This document shows positions 1-9,996 of a stretch of 64,000 nt of DNA, piece by piece. This stretch comes from an uncultured Actinomycetes bacterium (GTDB lineage Bacteria; Actinomycetota; UBA4738; JBBDTT01), in contig CAVUMN010000002.1 of NCBI GenBank assembly GCA_963742735.1, positions 32,001 to 96,000 of the forward strand. Reading direction: 5' to 3'. Position numbers and translations under genes: made by a program. How positions within the stretch are numbered: position 1 is the first letter of the stretch; each line of letters opens with the position of its first letter. The notes beneath the pieces are model-generated. The model saw only the letters and a list, made by a program, of their open reading frames with translations. It was not told where the DNA came from and searched no databases.

Positions 1-719
1 TCTCGGAGATCAAGGGCGCCCCCACCCTGCGCGAGGTCCTGCGCGCCGCGGCGATCACCACCATCCCCATGGGGCTGGCCTTCGTCCAGCCGGACGTGGG
101 GACCTCGATGGTCTTCGCCGCGATCCTGGTCGGGATGCTACTGGTGACCGGGGCCCGGATCCGGCACCTGGCGATCCTCGGGCTGATCGCGGTGTCGGCC
201 GTGTTCGTCGGCTTCAAGCTCGAGCTCGTCAAGGACTACCAGCTCGCCCGGCTGCAAGCGTTCCTGGACCCGAGCGCCGACCCGCTGCGGGCCGGCTACA
301 ACAAGGCCCAGTCCGAGATCGCCATCGGCAACGGCGGGATGACCGGGCAGGGGTTCCTGCAGGGCTCGCAGACCAATCTGGACTTCGTCCCCGCCCAGCA
401 GACCGACTTCATCTTCACCGTCGTCGGCGAGGAGTTCGGATTCGTGGGAGGGATCCTCCTGTTCCTGGCCTTCGCCCTGATCCTGTATCGGGGCTTCCGA
501 ATAGCCATGCTCTCCAAGGACCCCTTCGGCACCCTCGTGGCCGCGGGGATCATCACCATGTTCGCGTTCATGACGTTCGTGAACGTCGGGATGACCATGG
601 GGATCATGCCGGTCACCGGCATCCCCCTGCCGTTCCTCTCCTACGGCGGCACGGCGTTGATCACGAACTTCTTCGCGATCGGGCTGCTCTTGAACATCCA
701 CATGCGCCGCTTCAAGTAG
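1..719 (+). CDS. rodA: Rod shape-determining protein RodA (SEDS family), 5' part outside window
   Basis: QPDVGTS, GYN..QS.IAIG.GG..GQG, TDFIF.V.GEEFG and GIPLPFLSYGG motifs; frame is open upstream of 69; position upstream of rne is typical of rodA. Confidence 0.9.
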   Translation, partial: SEIKGAPTLREVLRAAAITTIPMGLAFVQPDVGTSMVFAAILVGMLLVTGARIRHLAILGLIAVSAVFVGFKLELVKDYQLARLQAFLDPSADPLRAGYNKAQSEIAIGNGGMTGQGFLQGSQTNLDFVPAQQTDFIFTVVGEEFGFVGGILLFLAFALILYRGFRIAMLSKDPFGTLVAAGIITMFAFMTFVNVGMTMGIMPVTGIPLPFLSYGGTALITNFFAIGLLLNIHMRRFK

Positions 720-852
720 GTCATTGTCCGTCGGCGACCGCTGGAGCTGGCCTCCAGAACCTCTGAGCGTGTGGGTGCCGATGAGGACTCTCCGCATCGG
801 TAGGATTCGATCAAGGCGCCGCGTCGGGCGGAAACATCATGAGCTCTGAGAG

Positions 853-1437
853 TCACCACTCGACAACAACCTGTGCACCACTTCCGTCAAAGGCTTGGCC
901 GAGGCGGACTTCGCCCCACTGATACCACCACTTGCGCGTCATCGGCTGATTCTGGGCGTAATGCGGATCCCCCAACTCGTGAGTCAACAAAGCATCGGCC
1001 TGAGAGAAAGCGTCCGGGGGCGCGAAACAACTGGGCGAAAGGTCCAGGGCCCTTAGCAGCCGGATCTCCCCGATATTGAAAGTTGCTATTGGATGCTGAT
1101 CCCATCCCCACGGGGTGAGGGCGGCGGCGATCCAACGCCACCCCACTTGCCCAGTCCATTCCGTCGTCGCGGGTTCGAACTCGATGCCCGCTGACACCTC
1201 GAGCAGAGACATACCTCCACGCAGAGTGACCTCGACCGGCTGGCTCCCCTTCAGAAGCGGGAACGTGAACGGGCTGTCCGGATCGCCGCCACATGGCACA
1301 TAGGAGCCGCGGAGCTCGGGAGCATGCATCCGCTGTAGGTGGGTGCGCCATAGGCGCAAGCAAACCTCACCGGACTGGGGATCGATGAGCCGCTCCGGCG
1401 ACTCGAGAATTCCGTGCTCGCCGGCGTCCACGCGCAT
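853..1437 (-). CDS. Hypothetical protein (lower-GC region)
   Basis: 194-aa ORF with balanced composition, co-oriented with the next ORF; no recognised motif. Confidence 0.5.
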   Translation of the reverse strand: MRVDAGEHGILESPERLIDPQSGEVCLRLWRTHLQRMHAPELRGSYVPCGGDPDSPFTFPLLKGSQPVEVTLRGGMSLLEVSAGIEFEPATTEWTGQVGWRWIAAALTPWGWDQHPIATFNIGEIRLLRALDLSPSCFAPPDAFSQADALLTHELGDPHYAQNQPMTRKWWYQWGEVRLGQAFDGSGAQVVVEW

Positions 1438-1519
1438 GCCCTATCACATCACGCCAGCCCGGAGTCAGGGAGCGTCCGAAGGGTCGCTCGCGTCCGGCCG
1501 GCCGGACCGCGAAAATGAG

Positions 1520-2407
1520 CTACTGATGCTCGACGTGGATCTCGCGGAGCTCCCCACCTACTTCGATTCGGTCGGTGATGGCTAGCTCGGTCGGATCGAT
1601 GCGGAGGACCTGTCCTCGCCGGGCTGCGCATGCCCAAATCGCTCCGTATCCCGCGACCAGGCTGTAATAGTCGTCGAGAGCCAGGCTCTTCACGACATCT
1701 CCGCTCGACGGTTCGATTCGGAGAAGGTTGTGAGTACGGGGCGGGGCCGTGGTTCCCTCTTTCGGTCGAGGGAATGTAGCCACGATAGGCTCACCGTCAA
1801 CGACGGTTAAGGCACTGGGAAGAACCGCTCGGGGAAGAAGAACCGTCTGGACGACACGACTCGCGCCGGGGTCGATTCTTGATACGGCGCAGTCCCGTCC
1901 AAGGTCATGAGGAATCCACACTCCTTGGTCATCGGGCACGACCCATCCCATGTTTTCGAACTCGCCGATCTCTATCGTGTCCTTAGTTTCAGGATCGAAT
2001 TGCAGGAGTGCGCTCGTATCGAAACCCCGGTGCTGGTCTATCCAGAGAACCCCGTGGCTGGCGGCTTTCGGCATTCCCTCGTAGTTCAGTCGGGAGGCGA
2101 TGTTCGTCGCGGGGTCGATTTTCGCCAAACCTCCCCCGAATACTTGCAGCGTTACCCATACGCCCCCGAGCCCCGCGACGACAAAGACCGGTCGCTCCAC
2201 GACGTCGACGACTCGCTCCACCCGCAAGGTTTCCGGGTGGAGGCGCGTCACGGAGGCGCCCTCGTAGCTGGCCACCCAGATCGCCTGCTCACCGATTGCC
2301 ATCGAGGCGCCACGGCCGCGCCCAGTCTCTGCTTGGGCGACGATCGCCACCGTAGCCGGGTCAACGACGAAGACGGTGCCGTTGTGATCCAACACCCAAA
2401 CTGCCAT
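1520..2407 (-). CDS. Beta-propeller protein (YncE/Vgb-like repeats)
   Basis: Repeated blades (AIWVA...VTRLHP, GVWVT...LAKIDP, GVWIP...VSRIDP, AIWAC...VLRIDP); SD-like GGAGG upstream. Confidence 0.75.
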   Translation of the reverse strand: MAVWVLDHNGTVFVVDPATVAIVAQAETGRGRGASMAIGEQAIWVASYEGASVTRLHPETLRVERVVDVVERPVFVVAGLGGVWVTLQVFGGGLAKIDPATNIASRLNYEGMPKAASHGVLWIDQHRGFDTSALLQFDPETKDTIEIGEFENMGWVVPDDQGVWIPHDLGRDCAVSRIDPGASRVVQTVLLPRAVLPSALTVVDGEPIVATFPRPKEGTTAPPRTHNLLRIEPSSGDVVKSLALDDYYSLVAGYGAIWACAARRGQVLRIDPTELAITDRIEVGGELREIHVEHQ

Positions 2408-2651
2408 GCGACCGCCCCTCCTTACACCACGGTCGTCATGTCGCGCGGCTTCGTCGACCGCTCGGACTCGTGACGTGCCGAACAGGGTATGCGGCCGCGC
2501 GCGTTGCGGGCGGAATCATTGGAGATACGGCATATCCTGAGGTCTGACGGTGCTGGTGGTCACCACTCCGCCTGCTTCGCGTGATTCGCCGCCGGGGCAA
2601 CGCCCCTGGCTTCCAACGCGATGAGACCGACCAGGCCCCGGCGGAACTAAC

Positions 2652-3761
2652 ATGAGCGGGATGGCGGATGCGAGGGAGCTTCCGGAGATGCCGGCCCTGA
2701 TGATCGCGGGGCCGGGGGAGTTGCACGAGGACGATCTGCGTGTCCTCGGACGCCAGGTCATCGCCCACTACGGGGACGTCTGGACGGAGCTCCACCAGCG
2801 GACGATCGCCGACCTCGGGACGTTGCTCGGCGCCGCTGATCCGCCCTATCTGATGCCGGGGACGGGGTCGATGGCGCTGGACGCCACCGTGCTGAACCTG
2901 TTCGAGGCGGGGCAGCGGGTGGTGGTTCCCCAGACGGGGTTCTTCGGGACACGGCTCTCGGAGGTGGCCCGCGCCCAGGGCCTGGAGGTCGTGGAGGTCC
3001 CGGTCTCCACCGGCGCCCCGGTGGAGGTCGCCAGAGTGGCCGAGGCGCTGCCGGGGACCGACGGCCTGCTGTGCGTCCACGTCGAGACCGCCACGGGGGT
3101 CCGCCACCCCATCGAGGAGCTGGCGGCCGCGGCCGGCGCCGCCGACGTCCCGTTCGTCGTCGACGGGATCGCCTCCGCGGGCGGCGAGCTCCTGCACGTG
3201 GACCGGATGGGCATCACCGCGCTGGCCACCAGCACCCAGAAGGGCCTGGAGGCGCCGCCCGGCCTGGGGATCGTCGCCCTCGGTCCTCGGGGCCGCGCGC
3301 GGATGGAGTCCCGCTCGCGCCCGCCCTCGACCTGGTACCTGGACCTGGCCCGGTGGGACTGGTACCGCCGGGAGTGGGGGAGCTGGCACCCCCACCCGGT
3401 GACCATGCCGACCAACCTCATCGTGGCGCTCGCCTCGAGCCTCCGCCGCCTGCTCCAGACCGGCCTGGAGGAGATCGTCGCCCGCCGGGCCGACCTGGCC
3501 AAGCGGTGCCGGGAGGGCCTCCGGGGCCTCGGCCTGGACCCGGTCCCGAACGCGGGCGTCGAGGCGAACCTGATCGTGGCCGCGTGGGCACCGGACCCCG
3601 AGGCCATCCAGGCCCACCTGCTGGAGCGCGGGATCATGATCTCCGGCGGCCTGGAGCCCACCAAGGGCAAGGCCATCCGGGTGGGCCTGATGGGCCGCAC
3701 GGCCACCGAGGAGATGGTCGAGCGCCTGGTGGGCGAGATCGGGCGGTTCCTGGGCCGCTGA
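2652..3761 (+). CDS. Class V PLP aminotransferase (alanine-glyoxylate/serine-pyruvate type)
   Basis: GPG near N-terminus, VHVETATGV, VVDGIAS, STQKGL.APPG (PLP Lys), IRVG.MG. Confidence 0.9.
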   Translation: MSGMADARELPEMPALMIAGPGELHEDDLRVLGRQVIAHYGDVWTELHQRTIADLGTLLGAADPPYLMPGTGSMALDATVLNLFEAGQRVVVPQTGFFGTRLSEVARAQGLEVVEVPVSTGAPVEVARVAEALPGTDGLLCVHVETATGVRHPIEELAAAAGAADVPFVVDGIASAGGELLHVDRMGITALATSTQKGLEAPPGLGIVALGPRGRARMESRSRPPSTWYLDLARWDWYRREWGSWHPHPVTMPTNLIVALASSLRRLLQTGLEEIVARRADLAKRCREGLRGLGLDPVPNAGVEANLIVAAWAPDPEAIQAHLLERGIMISGGLEPTKGKAIRVGLMGRTATEEMVERLVGEIGRFLGR

Positions 3762-3790
3762 GGGCCTTCCCGGCACTCGGGCCCTGCGCT

Positions 3791-3799
3791 TGATAAACT
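3791..3799 (+). promoter_or_regulatory. Extended -10 promoter (TG-A-TAAACT) for rne
   Basis: TGnTAnnnT about 330 nt upstream of the rne start. Confidence 0.6.
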
Positions 3800-3805
3800 G
3801 TGTGA

Positions 3806-4131
3806 CAGAAGTCCCTCCCCGGAAGGTCGTCCGGAAGCTCAATTGCCCGTAGACGATCCCGCAGGGTCAATCCTGCAACGGTGGAGGGGAAGGCGCCGAA
3901 TGCGCGCCTGAACGATTGAGGAGTGCCCCGCCCGGGCGGCTCACGCCGCCGGAGGGGAGGCCGCGAGGCCGGCCCGGAAGCTCGGACCGACGCGGCACCC
4001 CATCCAAGGGCGGAGGAAGAGGTGTAGATCGATGAACCGGCCTCCCTCGAGGTCCGCCCACGCACACTTCCTTGCCCTCCTCTCCGGCTCGTCCGCGACC
4101 GCGGCCGGGTCACGAACCCCGAGAGGAACCC
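3806..4131 (+). promoter_or_regulatory. Long structured 5' leader of rne
   Basis: Nested complementary segments 3814-3820/3954-3960, 3838-3845/3913-3920, 3861-3865/3872-3876, 3891-3896/3904-3909, 3935-3940/3945-3950, 4008-4014/4053-4059. Confidence 0.55.
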
Positions 4132-6258
4132 ATGACGAACGAGCCCGTGGACGCGGTCTCCGCGTCCCCTAGCGAGTCCGGAACCACCAGCAGCACCGAA
4201 ACGAACGCCGGCAACGGCCCGGCGCCCGAATCCAGGCCCACCCGCGAGGACGGCACCCCCGCACCCGCCCGTCGGCGCCGCTCCCGCGGCGGACGCGGCC
4301 GGGGCCGTGGAGGCGGCGGAGGCGGAGCGGGCGGCGGCGCCCGCCCGGCCACAACCGCCCGCGACGCCGACACCGAGGGCGGGTCCGAGGACACCGGCTC
4401 CGAGACCGGGTCCGCGAAGGCAACGGGGGCCGCCCCCGCCAAGCGCACCATCGAGCCGCGCGAGCCGCGGGAACCCCGCGCCCCCAGGCCGCCCCGGCCC
4501 CGCCAGCCGCGCACCCCGGCGAAGACCCCCTTCGACGACGGCGGCGACGGCGTCACGAGCCGGTCCGAGCCCTCCGACGACGGCGACGCCGGGAGCGAGC
4601 TCGAGGCGTCGCCCGCCTCGAGCGCCGGAACCACCACCTCCGCCGCCCGCCGTCGCAGGCGTCGTGGCGGACGGGGTCGTCGCCGGCCCTCCACCGGCGC
4701 CCAGCTCCAGCCCGAGAGCGCGGAGGCCGCCGCCGAGGCCGGCCTGGCCGGCGCCTCGATCGAGTCGGCCCAGCGCGACGACGCCCTGCCGGACGAGTCG
4801 CCCGACGCCCCGGCTCCCGCCCGCCCGAAGCGGGCCCCCGCGCGACGGGGCCGCAGCTCCCGCGGCACCACGAAGCCCGCCGGCGCCGAGGACGACGACG
4901 GCGACGGCGAGAGCCGTCCGATCTCCACCCGCCGGAGCAAGGCCGAGCCGACCCGCGTGCGCGGCCGCACCACCCGCCGCCGCCGCGACGTTCCGCGCCC
5001 GGTTCGCCGGCGGACCGACAAGCGGATGGTGATCACCGAGAACGACGACCGCGATCAGATCGCCGTGCTCGAGGGCCGCGAGCTCGTCGAGCACTACATC
5101 ACCCGCGCCGGCGCCCGGTCGATGGTCGGCAACATCTACATGGGCCGTGTCCAGAACGTCCTGCCCGGCATGGAGGCTGCGTTCATCGACATCGGCCGCG
5201 GCCGCAACGGCGTGCTGTACGCCGGCGAGGTGAACTACGACGAGGAGGTCGAGGGCGGAGGGAAGGCCTCCCGCATCGAGGACGCCCTGAAGACCGGCCA
5301 GAAGGTCCTGGTCCAGGTGACCAAGGACCCGCTTGGGGGCAAGGGCGCCCGCCTCACGGCGCAGGTCAGCCTGCCCGGACGGTTCCTGGTATTCGTCCCC
5401 AACCAGCAGGTGTTCGGCATCAGCCGGCGCCTGCCCGACGACGAGCGCGCGCGGCTGCGCGACATCCTCAAGCCGATCCGCCCGGAGGGCAGCGGCGTCA
5501 TCGCCCGGACCGCGGCCGAGGGCGCCTCGGCCGAGGACCTCGAGGCCGACCTCAAGCGCCTGGAGCGCGAGTGGGAGGAGATCTCCAAGCGGGCCAAGAA
5601 GGCCAAGCCCGCGACCGTGGTCTACGAGGAGCCCGAGCTCACCGTGCGCGTCGTCCGCGACGTGTTCACCGAGGGCGAGTTCGAGGAGGTCGTCACCGAC
5701 GCGCCGGCCGTGTACGAGAAGGTCACGGCCTACCTTCGCGACGTGGCCCCCGAGCTGCTCGAGAAGGTCCGCCTGCACGAGGGTCCGCTGCCGGTCATGG
5801 AGGAGTTCCACGTGGCCGAGCAGATCCGCAAGGCCCTCGAGCGCAAGGTGTGGCTCGAGTCCGGCGGCTACATCATCATCGACCGCACCGAGGCCATGAC
5901 CGTCATCGACGTCAACACCGGAAAGCACGTGGGCAAGTCGAACCTCGAGGAGACCGTCACCCAGACGAACATCGAGGCGGCCGAGGAGATCGCGCGGCAG
6001 CTTCGCCTGCGCGACATCGGCGGGATGATCATCATCGACTTCATCGACATGCTGCTCGAGCGCAACCGCGGGAAGGTGCTGCGGGCGATCAAGTCGGCGC
6101 TCGCCAAGGATCGGACCCGGTCGCAGGTGTTCGACATCTCGCCGCTCGGGCTGCTCGAGGTCACGCGGAAGAAGGTCTCCGCGGGCCTGGTGGAGTCGTT
6201 CAGCGAGACCTGCCCGACCTGCGAGGGCCGTGGCATCCTGCTCACCCACAACATCTGA
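4132..6258 (+). CDS. rne: Ribonuclease E/G with long disordered Arg-rich N-terminal region
   Basis: GNIYMGRVQNVLPGMEAAFIDIG, DVNTGK, LRDIGGMIIIDFIDM, CPTCEGRG; SD GAGG before ATG 4132. Confidence 0.95.
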   Translation: MTNEPVDAVSASPSESGTTSSTETNAGNGPAPESRPTREDGTPAPARRRRSRGGRGRGRGGGGGGAGGGARPATTARDADTEGGSEDTGSETGSAKATGAAPAKRTIEPREPREPRAPRPPRPRQPRTPAKTPFDDGGDGVTSRSEPSDDGDAGSELEASPASSAGTTTSAARRRRRRGGRGRRRPSTGAQLQPESAEAAAEAGLAGASIESAQRDDALPDESPDAPAPARPKRAPARRGRSSRGTTKPAGAEDDDGDGESRPISTRRSKAEPTRVRGRTTRRRRDVPRPVRRRTDKRMVITENDDRDQIAVLEGRELVEHYITRAGARSMVGNIYMGRVQNVLPGMEAAFIDIGRGRNGVLYAGEVNYDEEVEGGGKASRIEDALKTGQKVLVQVTKDPLGGKGARLTAQVSLPGRFLVFVPNQQVFGISRRLPDDERARLRDILKPIRPEGSGVIARTAAEGASAEDLEADLKRLEREWEEISKRAKKAKPATVVYEEPELTVRVVRDVFTEGEFEEVVTDAPAVYEKVTAYLRDVAPELLEKVRLHEGPLPVMEEFHVAEQIRKALERKVWLESGGYIIIDRTEAMTVIDVNTGKHVGKSNLEETVTQTNIEAAEEIARQLRLRDIGGMIIIDFIDMLLERNRGKVLRAIKSALAKDRTRSQVFDISPLGLLEVTRKKVSAGLVESFSETCPTCEGRGILLTHNI

Positions 6259-6281
6259 CGACATCGAAGGGACGTGACGGC

Positions 6282-6704
6282 ATGTACGCGGTGATCAAGA
6301 TCGGCGGAAAGCAGCAGCGGGTCAGCCCCGGGGACGTCATCGAGGCGGAGCGCGTCGGCGAGGAGACCGGCGCGTCGGTCACCTTCACCCCGCTGCTCGT
6401 CGTCGACGACGACGGCGTCACGCACCTGGGCAAGGATCTGGAGAAGGCCAGCGTCACCGCGAAGCTCGTCTCGGAGAAGAAGGGCGACAAGGTCCGCGTG
6501 GTCAAGTTCAAGAACAAGACCCGCTACACCCGCCACAAGGGGCACCGCCAGCTGCTCTCGCTGCTCGAGGTGGGCGAGATCAAGCTCCCGGGCGGCTCGT
6601 CGAAGAAGGTGGCCCCGAAGGCGGAGGCCGCGCCGAAGGAGGAGCCGCCGGAGACGCCCGAGACCGCGGGCGAGGTCGACGTCGAGTCCGAGGGCGGGGA
6701 GTAG
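6282..6704 (+). CDS. rplU: 50S ribosomal protein L21 with C-terminal low-complexity extension
   Basis: MYAVIKIGGKQ...KFKNKTRY..HKGHRQ. Confidence 0.95.
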   Translation: MYAVIKIGGKQQRVSPGDVIEAERVGEETGASVTFTPLLVVDDDGVTHLGKDLEKASVTAKLVSEKKGDKVRVVKFKNKTRYTRHKGHRQLLSLLEVGEIKLPGGSSKKVAPKAEAAPKEEPPETPETAGEVDVESEGGE

Positions 6705-6749
6705 GGGGCTCGGGGCGTCCCGGGTTCCCTTTGGTATCGTCTAGCGCCT

Positions 6750-7082
6750 ATGGCACACAAGAAGGGCGGCGGCTCCTCGCGCAACGGCAGGGACAGCAAC
6801 GCGAAGCGTCTCGGCGTGAAGCGGTTCGGCGGTGAAGACGTGACCGCCGGATCCATCCTCGTGCGCCAGCGCGGCTCGCGGATCCACCCCGGCGTGAACG
6901 TGGGCAAGGGCAGCGACGACACGCTGTACGCCCGCGCCACCGGCACCGTGCGGTACCACGAGCGCGCCGGCCGCAAGTACGCCTCGATCGACGTGAACGG
7001 GGCGGCGACTCCGGCCCCGGCTTCGGCCTCGGCTGCGGTCGAGCCCGCGGCCTCCGCCTCCGCCTCGGCCTCGGCCGAGTAG
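6750..7082 (+). CDS. rpmA: 50S ribosomal protein L27 with Ala/Ser-rich tail
   Basis: [24 protein letters not shown]...ILVRQRG. Confidence 0.97.
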   Translation: MAHKKGGGSSRNGRDSNAKRLGVKRFGGEDVTAGSILVRQRGSRIHPGVNVGKGSDDTLYARATGTVRYHERAGRKYASIDVNGAATPAPASASAAVEPAASASASASAE

Positions 7083-7127
7083 CCACTTCGGCCCCCCATC
7101 AGGGATTCGATCCGTTCCTCGAATGTC

Positions 7128-7156
7128 TTGACAATCGAACATACGTTCGATATACT
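7128..7156 (+). promoter_or_regulatory. SigA promoter with LexA (SOS) box in the spacer
   Basis: TTGACA(7128-7133)-17 bp-TATACT(7151-7156); spacer contains perfect TCGAAC-ATAC-GTTCGA (7135-7150), the actinobacterial LexA consensus. Confidence 0.9.
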
Positions 7157-7161
7157 TGTGG

Positions 7162-8304
7162 GTGATCCTCCCCCCTGGATCAGGAAGTTCGTGGATGGCC
7201 CGCGCCGCATCGTCCGTTGAGGAGCTCGACGTCGCGCACGGGCGCGTCTGCTCGGCGGAGCGTCACCTGTTCGAGCTGATCGCCCGCGCGGATCGCGACG
7301 AGGTCTGGCGCGGGAGCGGCGCTCGCGACTACCCGCACTGGCTGTCCATGCGGTACGGCATCTCCCAGTGGAAGGCCCATCGGTGGATCGCGGCCGCCCA
7401 CGCGCTGGAGTCCTTGCCCCGTATGGGTGACGCGTTCGCGCGCGGCGAGCTCGGAGTGGACAAGGTCGTCGAGCTGTGTCGCTTCGCCGGTCCCGAGAAT
7501 GAACGCGACCTGATCGCGTGGGCTCAGGGCGTTTCGACGGCCCGCGTCCGCCGGGTGGCCGACCTGGAGGTGCGGCGCTCCGCCGAGGAGGCTGTCGACG
7601 TCGAGCGATCGCGGTCGCTCAGCTACTGGTACCAGGACGAGGGCCGGCGGCTCGGGATGCAGGTGGAGCTCCCGGCGGCCGAGGGCGCGCTGGTGGTCTC
7701 GGCCCTCGAACGGGTGGCCGCGCGGTTACCGGTCATGCCCGGCGAGGAGGACGAGCCCTACGCCGACGCCCGCCGGGCCGACGCCCTGGTGGCGCTGTGC
7801 TCGGCCAGGATCGCCTCGGACGATCCCGACCACGCGTCGGTGGTCATCCACGTCCCGAATGACGCCGACGCCAACGGGGAGATCGAGAACGGCGGAGTGG
7901 TTCCGCCCGCGACCGTGCGCCGGCTGGCGTGCAACGCCCGGGTCCAGATGGTGTTCGAGGATGCGGCGGGCAACCCCATCCGGCTGGGACGGATGACTCG
8001 CGAACCGTCGGCGTGGATGCTGCGGCAGCTGCGCCATCGCGACGCGGAGTGCCGGTTCCCCGGATGCGGATCGCGGCGGTTCACGCAGGCCCATCACGTC
8101 GTGTGGTGGGGTTCGGGAGGCACCACCGACCTGGACAACCTGGTGCTGATCTGCTCGTTCCACCACCGGCTCGTCCACGAGCTCGGGTGGTCGATCAGCC
8201 GCACCCCGGACGGGACCGTCAGGTGGTTCACGCCCGGGGGAAGCAGGTATCGATCCGGGCCGTCGCCGCCGCGCGCGGCTCCCTTGCTCGCCCGCTCCGC
8301 CTGA
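7162..8304 (+). CDS. DUF222/HNH endonuclease domain protein (REP13E12-like); start GTG 7162 (leaderless) or ATG 7195
   Basis: ARRADAL, RRLAC.A, RD.eCRFPGC, HHVVWW..GGTTDLDNLVLICSFHH.LVH. Confidence 0.9.
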   Translation: MILPPGSGSSWMARAASSVEELDVAHGRVCSAERHLFELIARADRDEVWRGSGARDYPHWLSMRYGISQWKAHRWIAAAHALESLPRMGDAFARGELGVDKVVELCRFAGPENERDLIAWAQGVSTARVRRVADLEVRRSAEEAVDVERSRSLSYWYQDEGRRLGMQVELPAAEGALVVSALERVAARLPVMPGEEDEPYADARRADALVALCSARIASDDPDHASVVIHVPNDADANGEIENGGVVPPATVRRLACNARVQMVFEDAAGNPIRLGRMTREPSAWMLRQLRHRDAECRFPGCGSRRFTQAHHVVWWGSGGTTDLDNLVLICSFHHRLVHELGWSISRTPDGTVRWFTPGGSRYRSGPSPPRAAPLLARSA

Positions 8305-8309
8305 CGCTG

Positions 8310-8702
8310 CTAGCGGCGTTCGGCGATCCCGGCGACCCAGGCGTCCAGGACGTCCTTCAGGTCCTTGTTGCGCTCCTCGAGGAAGCCGAAGGCGATGCGG
8401 CGCTGCTTGCGCTCCTCGCGGGAGATGGGGGTGCCGCGCCACTCGCCGAGCTCCGGGGGTGAGGCGAAGAAGATGAACGCGATGCGGCGCTCGCCGTCGC
8501 GGCGGTACTTGATCTCGAGGATGGGGCTGGCCCGCAGGCGGCGGGCCCGGCGGATGTCGGCGAACGGGATGGCGACGTCGCGGCCGTTGGCACCGGCGAA
8601 CTCCAGGCCGTCGGCGGACAGTGTGAGCTCGCCCTCGCGGGGGATGCCCTCGATCCCGGGTCGAAACAACCAGGTGGTCTTCGGCGTGACCATCGCCACC
8701 AT
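8310..8702 (-). CDS. Hypothetical protein (possible PH-like fold)
   Basis: 130-aa ORF with GC-rich codon usage; GELTLSADGLEF...IPFADI pattern. Confidence 0.6.
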   Translation of the reverse strand: MVAMVTPKTTWLFRPGIEGIPREGELTLSADGLEFAGANGRDVAIPFADIRRARRLRASPILEIKYRRDGERRIAFIFFASPPELGEWRGTPISREERKQRRIAFGFLEERNKDLKDVLDAWVAGIAERR

Positions 8703-8746
8703 GATGCCGCGCCGGACGCGAACCGGCGCCCACCTACAATCGATCG

Positions 8747-9996
8747 ATGTTCACCGACGAGGCGAAGGTGGTGGCGGTCGGCGGTCGCGGCGGCAACGGC
8801 GCGGCCACCATGCGCAGCGAGCCGTACACCCCGCACGGCGGGCCCGACGGCGGCGACGGCGCCCGGGGGGCGACGTCGTGCTCGAGGTCTCGCGGGACGT
8901 CTTCGACCTCTCGGCGGTCGCGAAGCTGCCGACCCTGCGCGCCGGCGACGGAGGGAGCGGCGCGCGGGCCAAGCGCTCAGGAAAGACCGGCGAGGACCTC
9001 GTCATCAGGGTCCCGGACGGCACGGTCGTGTTCGACGAGCGCGGGCTGGTCGCGGACCTCGTCGGCGAGGGCTCGCGGGCGGTGGTCGCCGGCGGCGGCC
9101 GCGGCGGCCGCGGCAACGTGTCGCTGACGAGCAAGGTCAACCGCCTGCCCCGTGTCGCCGAGCGCGGCGAGGAGGGCGAGGAGCACCAGCTCCGCCTGGA
9201 GCTGCGCCTGGTGGCCGACGTCGGCCTGGTCGGCCTCCCCAACGCGGGAAAGTCGACCCTGCTGTCCAAGCTCACCGCCGCGAGGCCGAAGGTAGCCGAC
9301 TACCCGTTCACGACGATCACCCCCAACCTGGGCGTTGCCGGGGAGGACGACCGCTACGTGGTGGCCGACGTCCCCGGGCTGGTGGAGGGGGCCAGCGAGG
9401 GCCGCGGCCTGGGCCTGCAGTTCCTCCGCCACGTCTCGCGGTGCCGCGCGCTGGTCCACGTGGTGGACCTGGCGGCGGAGGACCCGCGGGCCGACCTGGA
9501 GACCATCCGGACCGAGCTCGCGGCGTACGACCCCGACCTGGCCGCGCGCGCCGCCCTGATCGCCGCGACGAAGGCCGACCTGGTGGACGACGCGCCGGCG
9601 CGGGCCGCGGCGCTGGACCCCTCCGCGATCCCCGTCAGCGGCGTGACCGGCGAGGGCATCGACCGGCTCGCCGAGCGGATCGCCGTCCTGGCGGCCGAGG
9701 CGCTCGCGGCGGCGCCCGAGCGTAAGCCCTACGTCGTCCTGCGCCCCGGCCGCCTGCCGTTCGAGGTGAGCCGCGAGGACGGCGGCGGGTACGCGGTCAA
9801 GGGCCAGCAGGTGGAGCGGTGGGTGAAGGAGACCGACCTGGAGGACCCCCGTCAGGTCGCGGCCCTGCAGAAGCGGCTGGTGAAGGCCGGCGTCGAGCGG
9901 CGGCTCGAGGAGCTCGGCGCCCGCCGCGGCGACGAGGTCGTGATCGCCGGGCGCGCGTTCGAGTTCCTGCCGGGGGAGGCCTCCGATGGCGCGTGA
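8747..9996 (+). CDS. obgE: GTPase ObgE, with an apparent single-base deletion frameshift in the G6 run 8865-8870
   Basis: MFTDEA...GGPDGGDG in one frame; [37 protein letters not shown] and C-terminal domain in another; leaderless TACAAT-6nt-ATG. Confidence 0.92.

Noticed and set aside
4132-5020. Arg/Gly-rich repeats in the RNase E N-terminus
   Set aside because: Ordinary disordered scaffold of actinobacterial RNase E
3634-6264. 876-aa antisense ORF, and similar long shadow ORFs (40864-44457, 29495-31543, 45284-47707, 53410-55353)
   Set aside because: Mirror frames of real high-GC genes; no motifs of their own
7010-7080. GCCTC(C/G) short tandem repeats
   Set aside because: Encode the low-complexity Ala-Ser tail of L27; no evidence of a separate function
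8861-8875. Programmed frameshift or phase variation in obgE
   Set aside because: One-base loss in a G run, with similar indels in nearby unrelated genes; assembly error is more parsimonious
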